Shown here piece after piece: positions 9,008-19,577 of a stretch of 64,000 nucleotides of DNA. The DNA is from Escherichia coli. Its GTDB lineage: Bacteria > Pseudomonadota > Gammaproteobacteria > Enterobacterales > Enterobacteriaceae. Numbering within the stretch: position 1 is the stretch's first letter; each line of letters begins with the position of its first letter. The DNA lies in assembly GCF_024223415.1 (NCBI RefSeq), contig NZ_CP100500.1; one strand, written 5' to 3'. The position numbers and the translations under genes are program-made. The notes under the pieces were generated by a model, which ran no database searches, was not told the DNA's origin, and saw only the letters and a program-made list of their open reading frames with translations.

Positions 9008-10228
9008 ATGGCAATGAGTGAACAAACCCAGCCTGTGGCGGGCGCGGCTGCGTCAACGACCAAGGCCCGAACATCGTTTGGTATTTTAGGTGCTATCAGC
9101 CTCTCACATCTGCTGAACGACATGATCCAATCGCTGATTCTGGCGATTTATCCTCTGCTTCAGTCAGAATTTTCTCTGACATTTATGCAGATTGGCATGA
9201 TAACCCTCACCTTCCAGCTCGCCTCTTCGCTACTGCAACCAGTGGTCGGCTACTGGACCGATAAATATCCGATGCCGTGGTCGTTGCCAATTGGCATGTG
9301 CTTTACCTTAAGTGGTCTGGTGCTGCTTGCGCTGGCTGGCAGTTTTGGCGCAGTTCTGCTGGCGGCGGCGCTGGTCGGTACCGGTTCATCGGTCTTTCAT
9401 CCGGAATCTTCTCGCGTGGCCCGTATGGCTTCTGGCGGGCGGCATGGCCTGGCGCAATCAATCTTTCAGGTCGGCGGCAACTTTGGCAGTTCCCTGGGAC
9501 CCTTGCTGGCGGCGGTGATTATCGCGCCTTATGGCAAAGGCAACGTTGCCTGGTTTGTGCTTGCGGCACTGCTGGCGATCGTGGTGTTGGCGCAAATCAG
9601 CCGTTGGTACTCGGCACAGCACCGAATGAATAAAGGAAAACCCAAAGCGACGATTATCAATCCACTGCCGCGCAACAAAGTGGTTCTGGCGGTCAGCATT
9701 CTGTTAATCCTCATTTTCTCGAAATATTTCTATATGGCGAGCATCAGCAGCTATTACACCTTTTATCTGATGCAAAAATTCGGATTATCTATCCAGAATG
9801 CCCAGCTTCATCTGTTTGCCTTCCTGTTTGCCGTTGCGGCAGGTACGGTGATCGGCGGGCCTGTAGGGGATAAAATTGGGCGGAAATATGTGATTTGGGG
9901 CTCTATCCTCGGCGTTGCGCCGTTTACGCTGATTTTACCCTACGCCAGCCTGCACTGGACGGGGGTTTTAACGGTGATTATTGGATTTATCCTCGCTTCG
10001 GCATTCTCTGCCATTCTGGTTTACGCTCAGGAGCTGCTTCCGGGACGTATCGGTATGGTTTCTGGACTCTTTTTCGGTTTTGCTTTCGGCATGGGAGGTC
10101 TGGGAGCGGCAGTTCTGGGGCTTATCGCCGATCACACCAGCATCGAGTTAGTCTATAAAATCTGTGCTTTCCTGCCACTATTGGGGATGTTGACCATATT
10201 CCTGCCTGATAACCGGCATAAAGACTGA
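9008..10228 (+). CDS. fsr: Fosmidomycin resistance MFS transporter Fsr, 406 aa
   Basis: ORF track; recalled protein; multiple TM segments. Confidence 0.93.
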   Translation: MAMSEQTQPVAGAAASTTKARTSFGILGAISLSHLLNDMIQSLILAIYPLLQSEFSLTFMQIGMITLTFQLASSLLQPVVGYWTDKYPMPWSLPIGMCFTLSGLVLLALAGSFGAVLLAAALVGTGSSVFHPESSRVARMASGGRHGLAQSIFQVGGNFGSSLGPLLAAVIIAPYGKGNVAWFVLAALLAIVVLAQISRWYSAQHRMNKGKPKATIINPLPRNKVVLAVSILLILIFSKYFYMASISSYYTFYLMQKFGLSIQNAQLHLFAFLFAVAAGTVIGGPVGDKIGRKYVIWGSILGVAPFTLILPYASLHWTGVLTVIIGFILASAFSAILVYAQELLPGRIGMVSGLFFGFAFGMGGLGAAVLGLIADHTSIELVYKICAFLPLLGMLTIFLPDNRHKD

Positions 10229-10465
10229 TTTCATTGCAGCCAAAGGCAAACTTTGGCTGCATCGTTTTACAGTCGCCATAAGCCTTTCCTCTGTTAAACC
10301 GCCTTCTGTTTTCCGATCCGTGCTTTTTTTGCAGCTAATTCCATTTTTCTGCAAAATTCAATAATTATTCATGAACATCATCAATGAAATTGTCATAAAC
10401 TATTACCTGTAATTTTGGTTTTCCCGGCCAAAAATGGACAATAACCACCAGGAAAAGGAGACGGA

Positions 10466-12142
10466 ATGCATCACGCCACCCCGCTTATCACCACCATTGT
10501 TGGCGGCCTTGTGCTCGCCTTTATCCTCGGCATGCTGGCCAATAAACTACGTATTTCTCCTCTGGTGGGATATCTGTTAGCGGGTGTGCTGGCAGGACCA
10601 TTCACTCCGGGCTTTGTTGCCGATACCAAGCTTGCGCCGGAACTGGCTGAACTGGGCGTTATTTTGCTGATGTTTGGCGTGGGTCTGCACTTTTCGCTGA
10701 AGGATTTGATGGCGGTAAAGGCCATCGCCATTCCCGGTGCGATCGCCCAGATAGCCGTGGCGACGCTGCTGGGTATGGCGCTCTCTGCCGTGCTGGGCTG
10801 GTCGTTAATGACCGGTATCGTGTTCGGTTTATGTCTTTCCACCGCCAGTACCGTGGTGTTACTGCGCGCACTTGAAGAACGGCAATTAATTGACAGTCAG
10901 CGTGGGCAAATCGCCATCGGTTGGTTGATTGTGGAAGACCTGGTAATGGTTCTGACGCTGGTGTTGTTGCCCGCAGTGGCAGGAATGATGGAACAGGGCG
11001 ATGTGGGCTTTGCCACTCTTGCAGTCGATATGGGGATCACCATCGGCAAAGTGATCGCGTTTATCGCCATTATGATGCTGGTAGGTCGCCGTCTGGTGCC
11101 GTGGATTATGGCACGCAGCGCGGCAACCGGTTCTCGCGAGCTGTTTACCCTGTCGGTGCTGGCGCTGGCGTTAGGGATTGCCTTTGGTGCGGTGGAGCTG
11201 TTTGATGTCTCCTTTGCACTCGGTGCGTTCTTTGCCGGGATGGTACTGAACGAGTCTGAACTGAGTCACCGTGCCGCCCACGATACGCTGCCATTGCGCG
11301 ACGCGTTTGCGGTGCTGTTTTTTGTCTCCGTCGGGATGTTGTTTGATCCGTTAATTCTGATTCAGCAACCGCTGGCAGTGCTGGCGACGCTGGCGATTAT
11401 TCTGTTTGGTAAGTCGTTAGCCGCATTTTTCCTGGTGCGACTGTTTGGTCACTCCCAACGTACGGCATTAACTATCGCCGCCAGCCTGGCGCAAATTGGT
11501 GAGTTCGCGTTTATCCTGGCGGGACTGGGCATGGCGCTGGATCTGTTGCCGCAAGCCGGGCAGAACCTGGTACTGGCAGGTGCGATTTTGTCGATTATGC
11601 TCAACCCGGTCCTGTTTGCGCTGCTGGAGAAATATCTGGCGAAGACCGAAACGCTGGAAGAGCAGACGCTGGAAGAGGCAATCGAAGAAGAGAAGCAGAT
11701 CCCAGTGGATATTTGCAACCATGCGCTACTGGTTGGTTACGGTCGTGTAGGCAGCCTGCTGGGGGAGAAATTGCTCGCCTCTGATATTCCGCTGGTGGTG
11801 ATTGAGACGTCACGAACCCGTGTTGATGAGCTGCGAGAGCGCGGTGTCCGCGCAGTATTGGGCAATGCAGCGAACGAAGAAATTATGCAACTGGCGCATC
11901 TGGAATGTGCAAAATGGCTGATCCTGACGATCCCCAACGGTTATGAAGCGGGTGAGATTGTGGCATCTGCCCGCGCGAAAAATCCGGATATTGAGATTAT
12001 TGCCCGCGCCCATTATGACGATGAAGTGGCGTATATCACCGAACGTGGTGCGAATCAGGTAGTGATGGGCGAGCGTGAAATTGCCCGTACTATGCTGGAA
12101 CTGCTGGAAACGCCACCGGCGGGTGAGGTGGTGACGGGGTAA
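10466..12142 (+). CDS. ybaL: CPA2-family cation:proton antiporter YbaL with C-terminal TrkA-N/RCK domain, 558 aa
   Basis: ORF track; GYGRVG nucleotide-binding motif in C-terminal domain. Confidence 0.93.
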   Translation: MHHATPLITTIVGGLVLAFILGMLANKLRISPLVGYLLAGVLAGPFTPGFVADTKLAPELAELGVILLMFGVGLHFSLKDLMAVKAIAIPGAIAQIAVATLLGMALSAVLGWSLMTGIVFGLCLSTASTVVLLRALEERQLIDSQRGQIAIGWLIVEDLVMVLTLVLLPAVAGMMEQGDVGFATLAVDMGITIGKVIAFIAIMMLVGRRLVPWIMARSAATGSRELFTLSVLALALGIAFGAVELFDVSFALGAFFAGMVLNESELSHRAAHDTLPLRDAFAVLFFVSVGMLFDPLILIQQPLAVLATLAIILFGKSLAAFFLVRLFGHSQRTALTIAASLAQIGEFAFILAGLGMALDLLPQAGQNLVLAGAILSIMLNPVLFALLEKYLAKTETLEEQTLEEAIEEEKQIPVDICNHALLVGYGRVGSLLGEKLLASDIPLVVIETSRTRVDELRERGVRAVLGNAANEEIMQLAHLECAKWLILTIPNGYEAGEIVASARAKNPDIEIIARAHYDDEVAYITERGANQVVMGEREIARTMLELLETPPAGEVVTG

Positions 12143-12149
12143 ACGGTGG

Positions 12150-12262
12150 TTGCCGGATGTAAAATATGAAAAATATGTAGGCATGATAAGACGCGCCAGC
12201 GTCGCATCAGGCATCGAGATGCCAAATGCCAGATGCGGCGTGAACGCCTTATCTGGCCTACG
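12150..12262. repeat. REP/BIME elements between convergent ybaL and gsk
   Basis: gcatgataagacgcgccagcgtcgcatcaggc and gccagatgcggcgtgaacgccttatctggcctac. Confidence 0.8.
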
Positions 12263-12275
12263 AACCGACGATAAC

Positions 12276-13580
12276 TTAACGATCCCAGTAAGACTCTTCC
12301 AGGCTGTCTTCACGCTCCGGCAAGCCGCGCGTTAAACGAGGTGAATGCTGGTTCAGTACCTGATAGCTCACACGGTTAGCATATTTACACACCTGCGCTA
12401 ACGATGAATAAGTTAACCAGGTGAATTTATGTTTGCTGGAGTTTGGTACGTTGCTACGGTGGTAGCTGTTGGCGGTAATGTCATGCAGCAACGCTGCCAG
12501 TGCGCCATCCCCTGCTCCGTTGGTGTTCATGATTTTTTCCGGCCCGCCCATGTACGGCGCAATGTGCGAATAGACGCGCAGCGGATTCTGGCAATCCTTG
12601 TGGCGCATGGCGCGGCTAAACTCATACTGGTTGAATTCGGCTATAGCGCCCGGCAGCAACGGATGCTGGGTTTTACGTTTCGCTTCGTCTTCGGTAAAGC
12701 CCGCCATATACAAGCCGATTGGCCCGGCGGTGCACAGCACCAGATCAACCCAGTCCAGTGCCTTGTCAGATGCTAACAACGGATCGCTTTCTCCGGTCAA
12801 CGCTTCGGCTTCATCTTCGTTCATCGCAAGGATAGAGACGTGGTCTTTGAGGAATTGCTGCCACCACTGCGGATTCTCGGCAATGACAAACTTAGTTCCC
12901 AGCGTCAGCACCACCGGTACGTTATATTTCTTCGCGTACTCAATGGCTTTCATGGTTGCTTCCGGCATGGGTTCACCCGGCTTGCAACGCACCAGATAAG
13001 AGGTGAGAACCAGAGCCGAGGCTCCGGCAATCACATCTTCCGGAATACTTTCAGCCCGCAGCTGGTTCATGTGGCCAGGGCTGATAGCAAAGGTACGTTC
13101 CCCGGACTCGCCAATCAGCGTAAAGCAACGACCAATCGGGCCATCCACGCCTTGTAGATAGTTAAGATCGGTACGGCTGGAGGTGTTACACAGGTAACGA
13201 TAGGCATAGCTGCCAATTTCAATATTGCTGCACATGACGCCCAGCAGCACCGAACGGTCGTCCGCGAGCACCGAGTAGTTATGCATGGTGTTACCAATGG
13301 TGCCACCCGCAAACTGATGGGTAATCAGGTTTTTCTGTTTTAGTTCCTGATAAAGCGCTTCGGCTACATCATCCTCAATCACCAGTGAATGCCCGGCGCT
13401 TAATCCATAACGCTCAATGAATTCATCATCCACTTTCGCTTCAATATCGACCAGCGTTTGATCGATACCCACTACCCAGGCGGCGCTGGTTTCGTTTTCT
13501 GGCTGGAATTGCTGAAGCAGCGGATCGCGTGCATTTACGGGGAAGTAATGTTTGGATTTACGTTTACCGGGAAATTTCAT
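12276..13580 (-). CDS. gsk: Inosine-guanosine kinase Gsk, 434 aa
   Basis: ORF track; recalled protein. Confidence 0.95.
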   Translation of the reverse strand: MKFPGKRKSKHYFPVNARDPLLQQFQPENETSAAWVVGIDQTLVDIEAKVDDEFIERYGLSAGHSLVIEDDVAEALYQELKQKNLITHQFAGGTIGNTMHNYSVLADDRSVLLGVMCSNIEIGSYAYRYLCNTSSRTDLNYLQGVDGPIGRCFTLIGESGERTFAISPGHMNQLRAESIPEDVIAGASALVLTSYLVRCKPGEPMPEATMKAIEYAKKYNVPVVLTLGTKFVIAENPQWWQQFLKDHVSILAMNEDEAEALTGESDPLLASDKALDWVDLVLCTAGPIGLYMAGFTEDEAKRKTQHPLLPGAIAEFNQYEFSRAMRHKDCQNPLRVYSHIAPYMGGPEKIMNTNGAGDGALAALLHDITANSYHRSNVPNSSKHKFTWLTYSSLAQVCKYANRVSYQVLNQHSPRLTRGLPEREDSLEESYWDR

Positions 13581-13731
13581 GGTTGTTTTTACGGGTGGTT
13601 AACTGAGCGGCGAATGTTAACACAATCTGACGGGAGCGCGCGAGACGCAGCCAGTTTCAATATCAGCAGGCGGGATCGCATTTTCATGGCAGTGGTTCCT
13701 TACAATGACGTAATTTGAAAGGAGTTTTTGT

Positions 13732-14691
13732 ATGAAGCCGGAAAACAAATTACCTGTTCTGGACCTTATTTCTGCTGAAATGAAGACCGTTGTGAATACT
13801 CTTCAGCCGGATTTACCGCCCTGGCCCGCAACGGGAACGATTGCTGAGCAACGACAGTATTACACGCTTGAGCGCCGATTCTGGAATGCGGGCGCTCCAG
13901 AAATGGCAACCAGAGCTTACATGGTTCCAACAAAATATGGGCAGGTGGAAACACGTCTCTTTTGTCCGCAGCCAGATAGCCCAGCGACGCTATTTTATTT
14001 GCATGGAGGCGGTTTTATTCTCGGCAATCTCGATACCCACGATCGCATCATGCGCCTGCTGGCAAGCTACAGCCAATGTACGGTGATTGGTATTGATTAC
14101 ACCCTTTCACCTGAAGCGCGTTTTCCGCAAGCGATAGAGGAAATTGTGGCTGCTTGTTGTTATTTCCACCAGCAGGCGGAGGATTATCAAATCAATATGT
14201 CCCGCATTGGCTTTGCCGGTGATTCCGCAGGTGCCATGCTGGCGCTCGCCAGTGCGTTGTGGTTGCGTGATAAACAGATCGATTGCGGTAAAATTGCGGG
14301 TGTTTTGCTGTGGTATGGTCTTTACGGATTACGGGATTCCGTGACTCGTCGTCTGTTGGGCGGTGTCTGGGATGGCTTAACGCAACAGGATTTGCAGATG
14401 TATGAAGAGGCGTATTTAAGCAACGACGCGGACCGCGAGTCGCCGTATTACTGTCTGTTTAATAATGATCTCACTCGCGAAGTTCCGCCCTGTTTTATTG
14501 CCGGGGCGGAGTTCGATCCGCTGCTGGATGACAGCCGTCTGCTTTACCAGACGTTAGCGGCGCATCAGCAGCCCTGTGAGTTCAAACTCTACCCAGGCAC
14601 GCTGCACGCCTTTTTGCATTATTCACGGATGATGAAAACCGCGGACGATGCTCTTCACGACGGCGCTCAGTTCTTTACCGCTCAGCTTTAG
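13732..14691 (+). CDS. aes: Acetyl esterase Aes, 319 aa
   Basis: ORF track; HGGGF and GDSAG motifs. Confidence 0.95.
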
Positions 14692-15650
14692 CGATACGCG
14701 GCAACAAGATTAGCCATCATTTCGATATGTTCCGGCGTGGCATTAAGCGCCGGAATATATTCATATTTTTTCCCGCCGGCACCGAGGAAGACCTCACGGT
14801 TTTGCTCGGCAATCTCTTCCAGCGTCTCCAGACAATCCGCAGCAAAGCCCGGGCACATCACCTGAATATGACCTACGCCTTTTTCTCCGAGCATTTTCAG
14901 CGTTTCGTCGGTATAAGGCATCAGCCAGGGTTCCCGACCAAAGCGCGACTGAAAGGTCATCATCACTTTTTCCGGTGCCATCCCCAGTGCGGAAGCCAGT
15001 TCGCGAGTCGTTGTGCGGCAACGTTGCGGGTAATCATCGCCTTCATCTGCATAACGCTGGGGAATGCCATGATAAGAGAGCAGCAGCAGATCCGGTTCGC
15101 CATGTTTGGCAAAAGAAGCGCGTACGCTGTTCGCCAGTGCATTAATGTAATCGTGGTTATCGGCGTAATCACGTATAAACGATATCCCCGGAATGCTACG
15201 TTTGCGCGCCAGAATGCGTGCAAGTTCATCCCATACCGCACCGACCGTAGAACAGGAGAATTGCGGATAAAGCGGCAGCACCACAATATGATCTACATGC
15301 TCTGCCAGGAGTTCATCTACGGCGCTTTCCAGTGATGGCGAGCCGTAGCTCATTCCCAGCGCTACGGGCGTCTCCGGTAAACGTTGTGCCAGCGCCTGCT
15401 GTTGCTGGCGGCTGTAAACCATCAGCGGCGAGCCACCTTCCATCCAGACAGAGGCATACAGCTTCGCCACACGCGGCGAGCGCAGCGGCAAAATCACGCC
15501 ACGCAGCAACGGCCACCATAACAACCGTGAGGTATCAACCACGCGTCTGTCGCTTAAAAATTGTTTCAGATAGCGTTTTACCGCTTCAGGTGTGGGGGCA
15601 TCGGGCGTACCCAGGTTTGCCAGCAGGATACCGGTTTTAGTCTGACGCAT
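14688..15650 (-). CDS. hemH: Ferrochelatase HemH, 320 aa
   Basis: ORF track; recalled protein; 3' end overlaps aes by 4 nt. Confidence 0.95.
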
Positions 15651-15781
15651 TACCGCCTCTTATCGATTCAACTTGTTGATAATTGTAGCGGAAAAGTGAG
15701 GAAGAAGAACTAATTGCTGTGAGAGGTATTGCCTGAGGTGGATGAGCAGACCTGCCCGAAAGCAGATCTGCTGCGGCTTGA

Positions 15782-16498
<717 letters not shown>

Positions 16499-16567
16499 TC
16501 AAGAAAGGCACCAGGGGCTAAAACGGTTAATGGCGAGATAATTTGCGGAAAGTGCAGATAATGAAAA

Positions 16568-16600
16568 GAAAAATGCCGGATGACACGAAGGTCATCCGGC
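16568..16600 (-). terminator. Rho-independent terminator downstream of htpG
   Basis: gccggatgac-N7-gtcatccggc hairpin with T-run on the minus strand. Confidence 0.6.
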
Positions 16601-16606
16601 ATTACA

Positions 16607-18481
16607 TCAGGAAAGCAGCAGCTGGTTCATACGACGAATAAACAGGTTCGGATCTTCCAGCGTGCCGCGTTCTGCCAGCAGCGCCTGATCCAGCAGCAGT
16701 TCTACCCACTCGCTGAACTTCGCTTCATCTTCAGTATCTGCCGCACGTTTCACCAGTACGTGATCCGGGTTCAGTTCGAAGATGTATTTCACTTCCGGCA
16801 CTTTCTGGCCCGCTGCGGCAAACAGTTTCGCCATCTGAGTGCTCATTTCGTCCGCATCAGTAGAGACAATCGCTGGCGTATCGGTCAGACGGTGAGTCAG
16901 ACGGACATCTTTCACGCGCTCGCCGAGCAGGGCTTTCACACGGTCGATGAACGGAGTCAGTGCTTTCTCCGCTTCTTTCGCGCTCTCATCAACTTCGTCA
17001 GCCAGTTTTTCCAGCGACTCGTCAACTTTAGACACCGACTGGAACGGTTTACCGTCGAACTCAGTCAGATAGTTCATCATCCACTCATCGATGCGGTCGG
17101 AAAGCAGCAGAACTTCGATGCCTTTCTTACGCAGCAGTTCCAGGTGCGGGCTGCTCTTCGCTGCCGCATAGCTGTCTGCAGTGATGTAGTAGATTTTCTC
17201 CTGCCCTTCTTTCATGCGGGAAACGTAGTCTTCCAGAGACACGGTCTGCGCAGAAGAATCGGTATGAGTAGAAGCAAAACGCAGCAGTTTGGCGATCGCT
17301 TCCTGGTTAGCGAAATCTTCCGCCGGACCTTCTTTCAGTACCAGGCCAAACTGTTGCCAGAAGGTCTGGTATTTTTCCGCGTCGTCTTTCGCCAGTTTTT
17401 CCAGCATTTGCAGCACACGCTTGGTCAGCGCATTGCGCAGGTTACGCGTTACCGTGCTGTCCTGGAGGATTTCACGGGAAACGTTCAGCGGCAGATCGCT
17501 GGAGTCAATCAGACCACGCACGAAGCGCAGATAGTTCGGCATGAACTGTTCTGCGTCGTCCATGATGAACACACGCTGAACATACAGTTTCAGACCGTGT
17601 TTATGATCACGGTTCCACATATCCCACGGAGCCTGGGACGGGATGTACAGCAGGCTGGTGTACTCCTGCTTACCTTCAACACGGTTGTGGCTCCAGGTCA
17701 GCGGATCGTTAAAGTCGTGGGCGATGTGTTTGTAGAACTCTTTGTACTCTTCATCGGTGATTTCCGACTTGTTACGAGTCCACAGCGCCTGCGCTTTGTT
17801 GATTTTTTCCCAGGAGATAACGGTTTCGCCGTCTTTCTCTTCGCGTTTTTCGATCTCTACCGGCAGCGCGATATGGTCGGAGTATTTGCTGATGATGGAA
17901 CGCACGCGCCAGTCATCGAGGAACTCGTCTTCGCCTTCACGCAGATGCAGGGTGATTTCAGTACCACGATCTTCTTTGGTGATGTCGGCAACGGTGTATT
18001 CACCTTCGCCAGCCGATTCCCAGAAGACGCCATTTTCTGGTTTTTCGCCTGCCGCGCGAGTACGCACGGTCACTTTGTCGGCCACGATAAACGCAGAGTA
18101 GAAACCAACACCAAACTGACCGATCAGCTGGCTGTCTTTCGCCTGGTCAGAACCCAGGGATTCGAGGAATGATTTGGTACCGGATTTAGCGATAGTCCCC
18201 AGATGGTCAATCACTTCGTCGCGGGTCATCCCCACGCCGTTATCGGAGATGGTCAGCGTGCGCTTGTCTTTATCGAAAGAGACACGAACGCGCAGTTCGC
18301 CATCACCTTCGTACAGGTCCGGGTTAGAGAGCGCACGGAAACGCAGCTTGTCCGCCGCATCGGAGGCGTTAGAGATAAGCTCACGCAGGAAGATTTCTTT
18401 ATTGGAATAGAGAGAATGGATCATCAGGTGCAGAAGCTGTTTCACTTCTGACTGAAAACCACGAGTTTCTTGTCCTTTCAT
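16607..18481 (-). CDS. htpG: Chaperone HtpG (Hsp90), 624 aa
   Basis: ORF track; recalled protein. Confidence 0.97.
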   Translation of the reverse strand: MKGQETRGFQSEVKQLLHLMIHSLYSNKEIFLRELISNASDAADKLRFRALSNPDLYEGDGELRVRVSFDKDKRTLTISDNGVGMTRDEVIDHLGTIAKSGTKSFLESLGSDQAKDSQLIGQFGVGFYSAFIVADKVTVRTRAAGEKPENGVFWESAGEGEYTVADITKEDRGTEITLHLREGEDEFLDDWRVRSIISKYSDHIALPVEIEKREEKDGETVISWEKINKAQALWTRNKSEITDEEYKEFYKHIAHDFNDPLTWSHNRVEGKQEYTSLLYIPSQAPWDMWNRDHKHGLKLYVQRVFIMDDAEQFMPNYLRFVRGLIDSSDLPLNVSREILQDSTVTRNLRNALTKRVLQMLEKLAKDDAEKYQTFWQQFGLVLKEGPAEDFANQEAIAKLLRFASTHTDSSAQTVSLEDYVSRMKEGQEKIYYITADSYAAAKSSPHLELLRKKGIEVLLLSDRIDEWMMNYLTEFDGKPFQSVSKVDESLEKLADEVDESAKEAEKALTPFIDRVKALLGERVKDVRLTHRLTDTPAIVSTDADEMSTQMAKLFAAAGQKVPEVKYIFELNPDHVLVKRAADTEDEAKFSEWVELLLDQALLAERGTLEDPNLFIRRMNQLLLS

Positions 18482-18532
18482 GTAGGTCTACCTCAATAAT
18501 GCCATTTTAAGGTTAAAAACAGGATGAGGGAG

Positions 18533-18561
18533 AGATGGGGACAAGGGAGAATAATTTCAAG
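18533..18561 (-). promoter_or_regulatory. Sigma-32 heat-shock promoter of htpG (CTTGAAA -35, CCCCATCT -10)
   Basis: Minus strand reads cttgaaa-N14-ccccatct about 50 nt upstream of the htpG ATG. Confidence 0.6.
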
Positions 18562-18590
18562 CGAGAGCAGGTGATCCTGCTCTCGTTTGC

Positions 18591-19195
18591 TTAAAAACGA
18601 ATCTTATGACGCCCGGCAAGGGAGTGTGACAGCGTGGTGCCATCGACCATTTCCAGTTCGCCGCCAACCGGTACGCCATGAGCGATTCGGCTGGCTTCCA
18701 CGTCATATTGCGCGCAAAGCTCGGCAATGTAGTTAGCGGTAGCTTCACCTTCAACCGTGGGATTGGTGGCGAGGATCACTTCAGTGATTTTTTCCTCTGC
18801 CAGACGCTGTTCCAGACGATCAAGCCCGATATCATCCGGACCGATGCCGTCCAGCGGTGACAGATGTCCCATCAACACAAAATAACGACCTGAAAACTGC
18901 CCCGTCTGCTCAATGGCGTAAATGTCCGCCGGACTCTCCACCACGCAGATTTGACCGTTTTCCTGACGACGCGGATTCGAACAGATGTTACAGACTTCCT
19001 GTTCGGTGAAGGTGCGGCAATCGGCGCAGTGGCCGATTTCCGACATCGCCCGGGTGAGCGCCTGCGCCAGACGCATCCCGCCGCTACGATCGCGCTGAAG
19101 CAGCGTGAACGCCATACGCTGCGCCGACTTCGGGCCAACGCCCGGCAGACAGCGCAGTGCTTCCATAAGCTGTGTTAACAGCGGGCTGGTTTGCA

Positions 19196-19196
<1 letters not shown>
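18591..19196 (-). CDS. recR: Recombination protein RecR, 201 aa
   Basis: ORF track; C4 zinc finger and Toprim-type motifs. Confidence 0.96.
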
Positions 19197-19540
<344 letters not shown>

Positions 19541-19577
19541 TCACGTTAAGGATGACGAACGTAAGCTGTGCTTACGA

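Noticed and set aside
12150-12335. 61-aa ORF between ybaL and gsk
   Set aside because: Composed of REP palindromic units.
16580-18172. 530-aa ORF on the + strand, antisense to htpG
   Set aside because: Lies entirely inside htpG on the opposite strand, has no RBS and a low-complexity F/R/V-rich composition typical of antisense frames of highly expressed genes; htpG itself is unambiguous.
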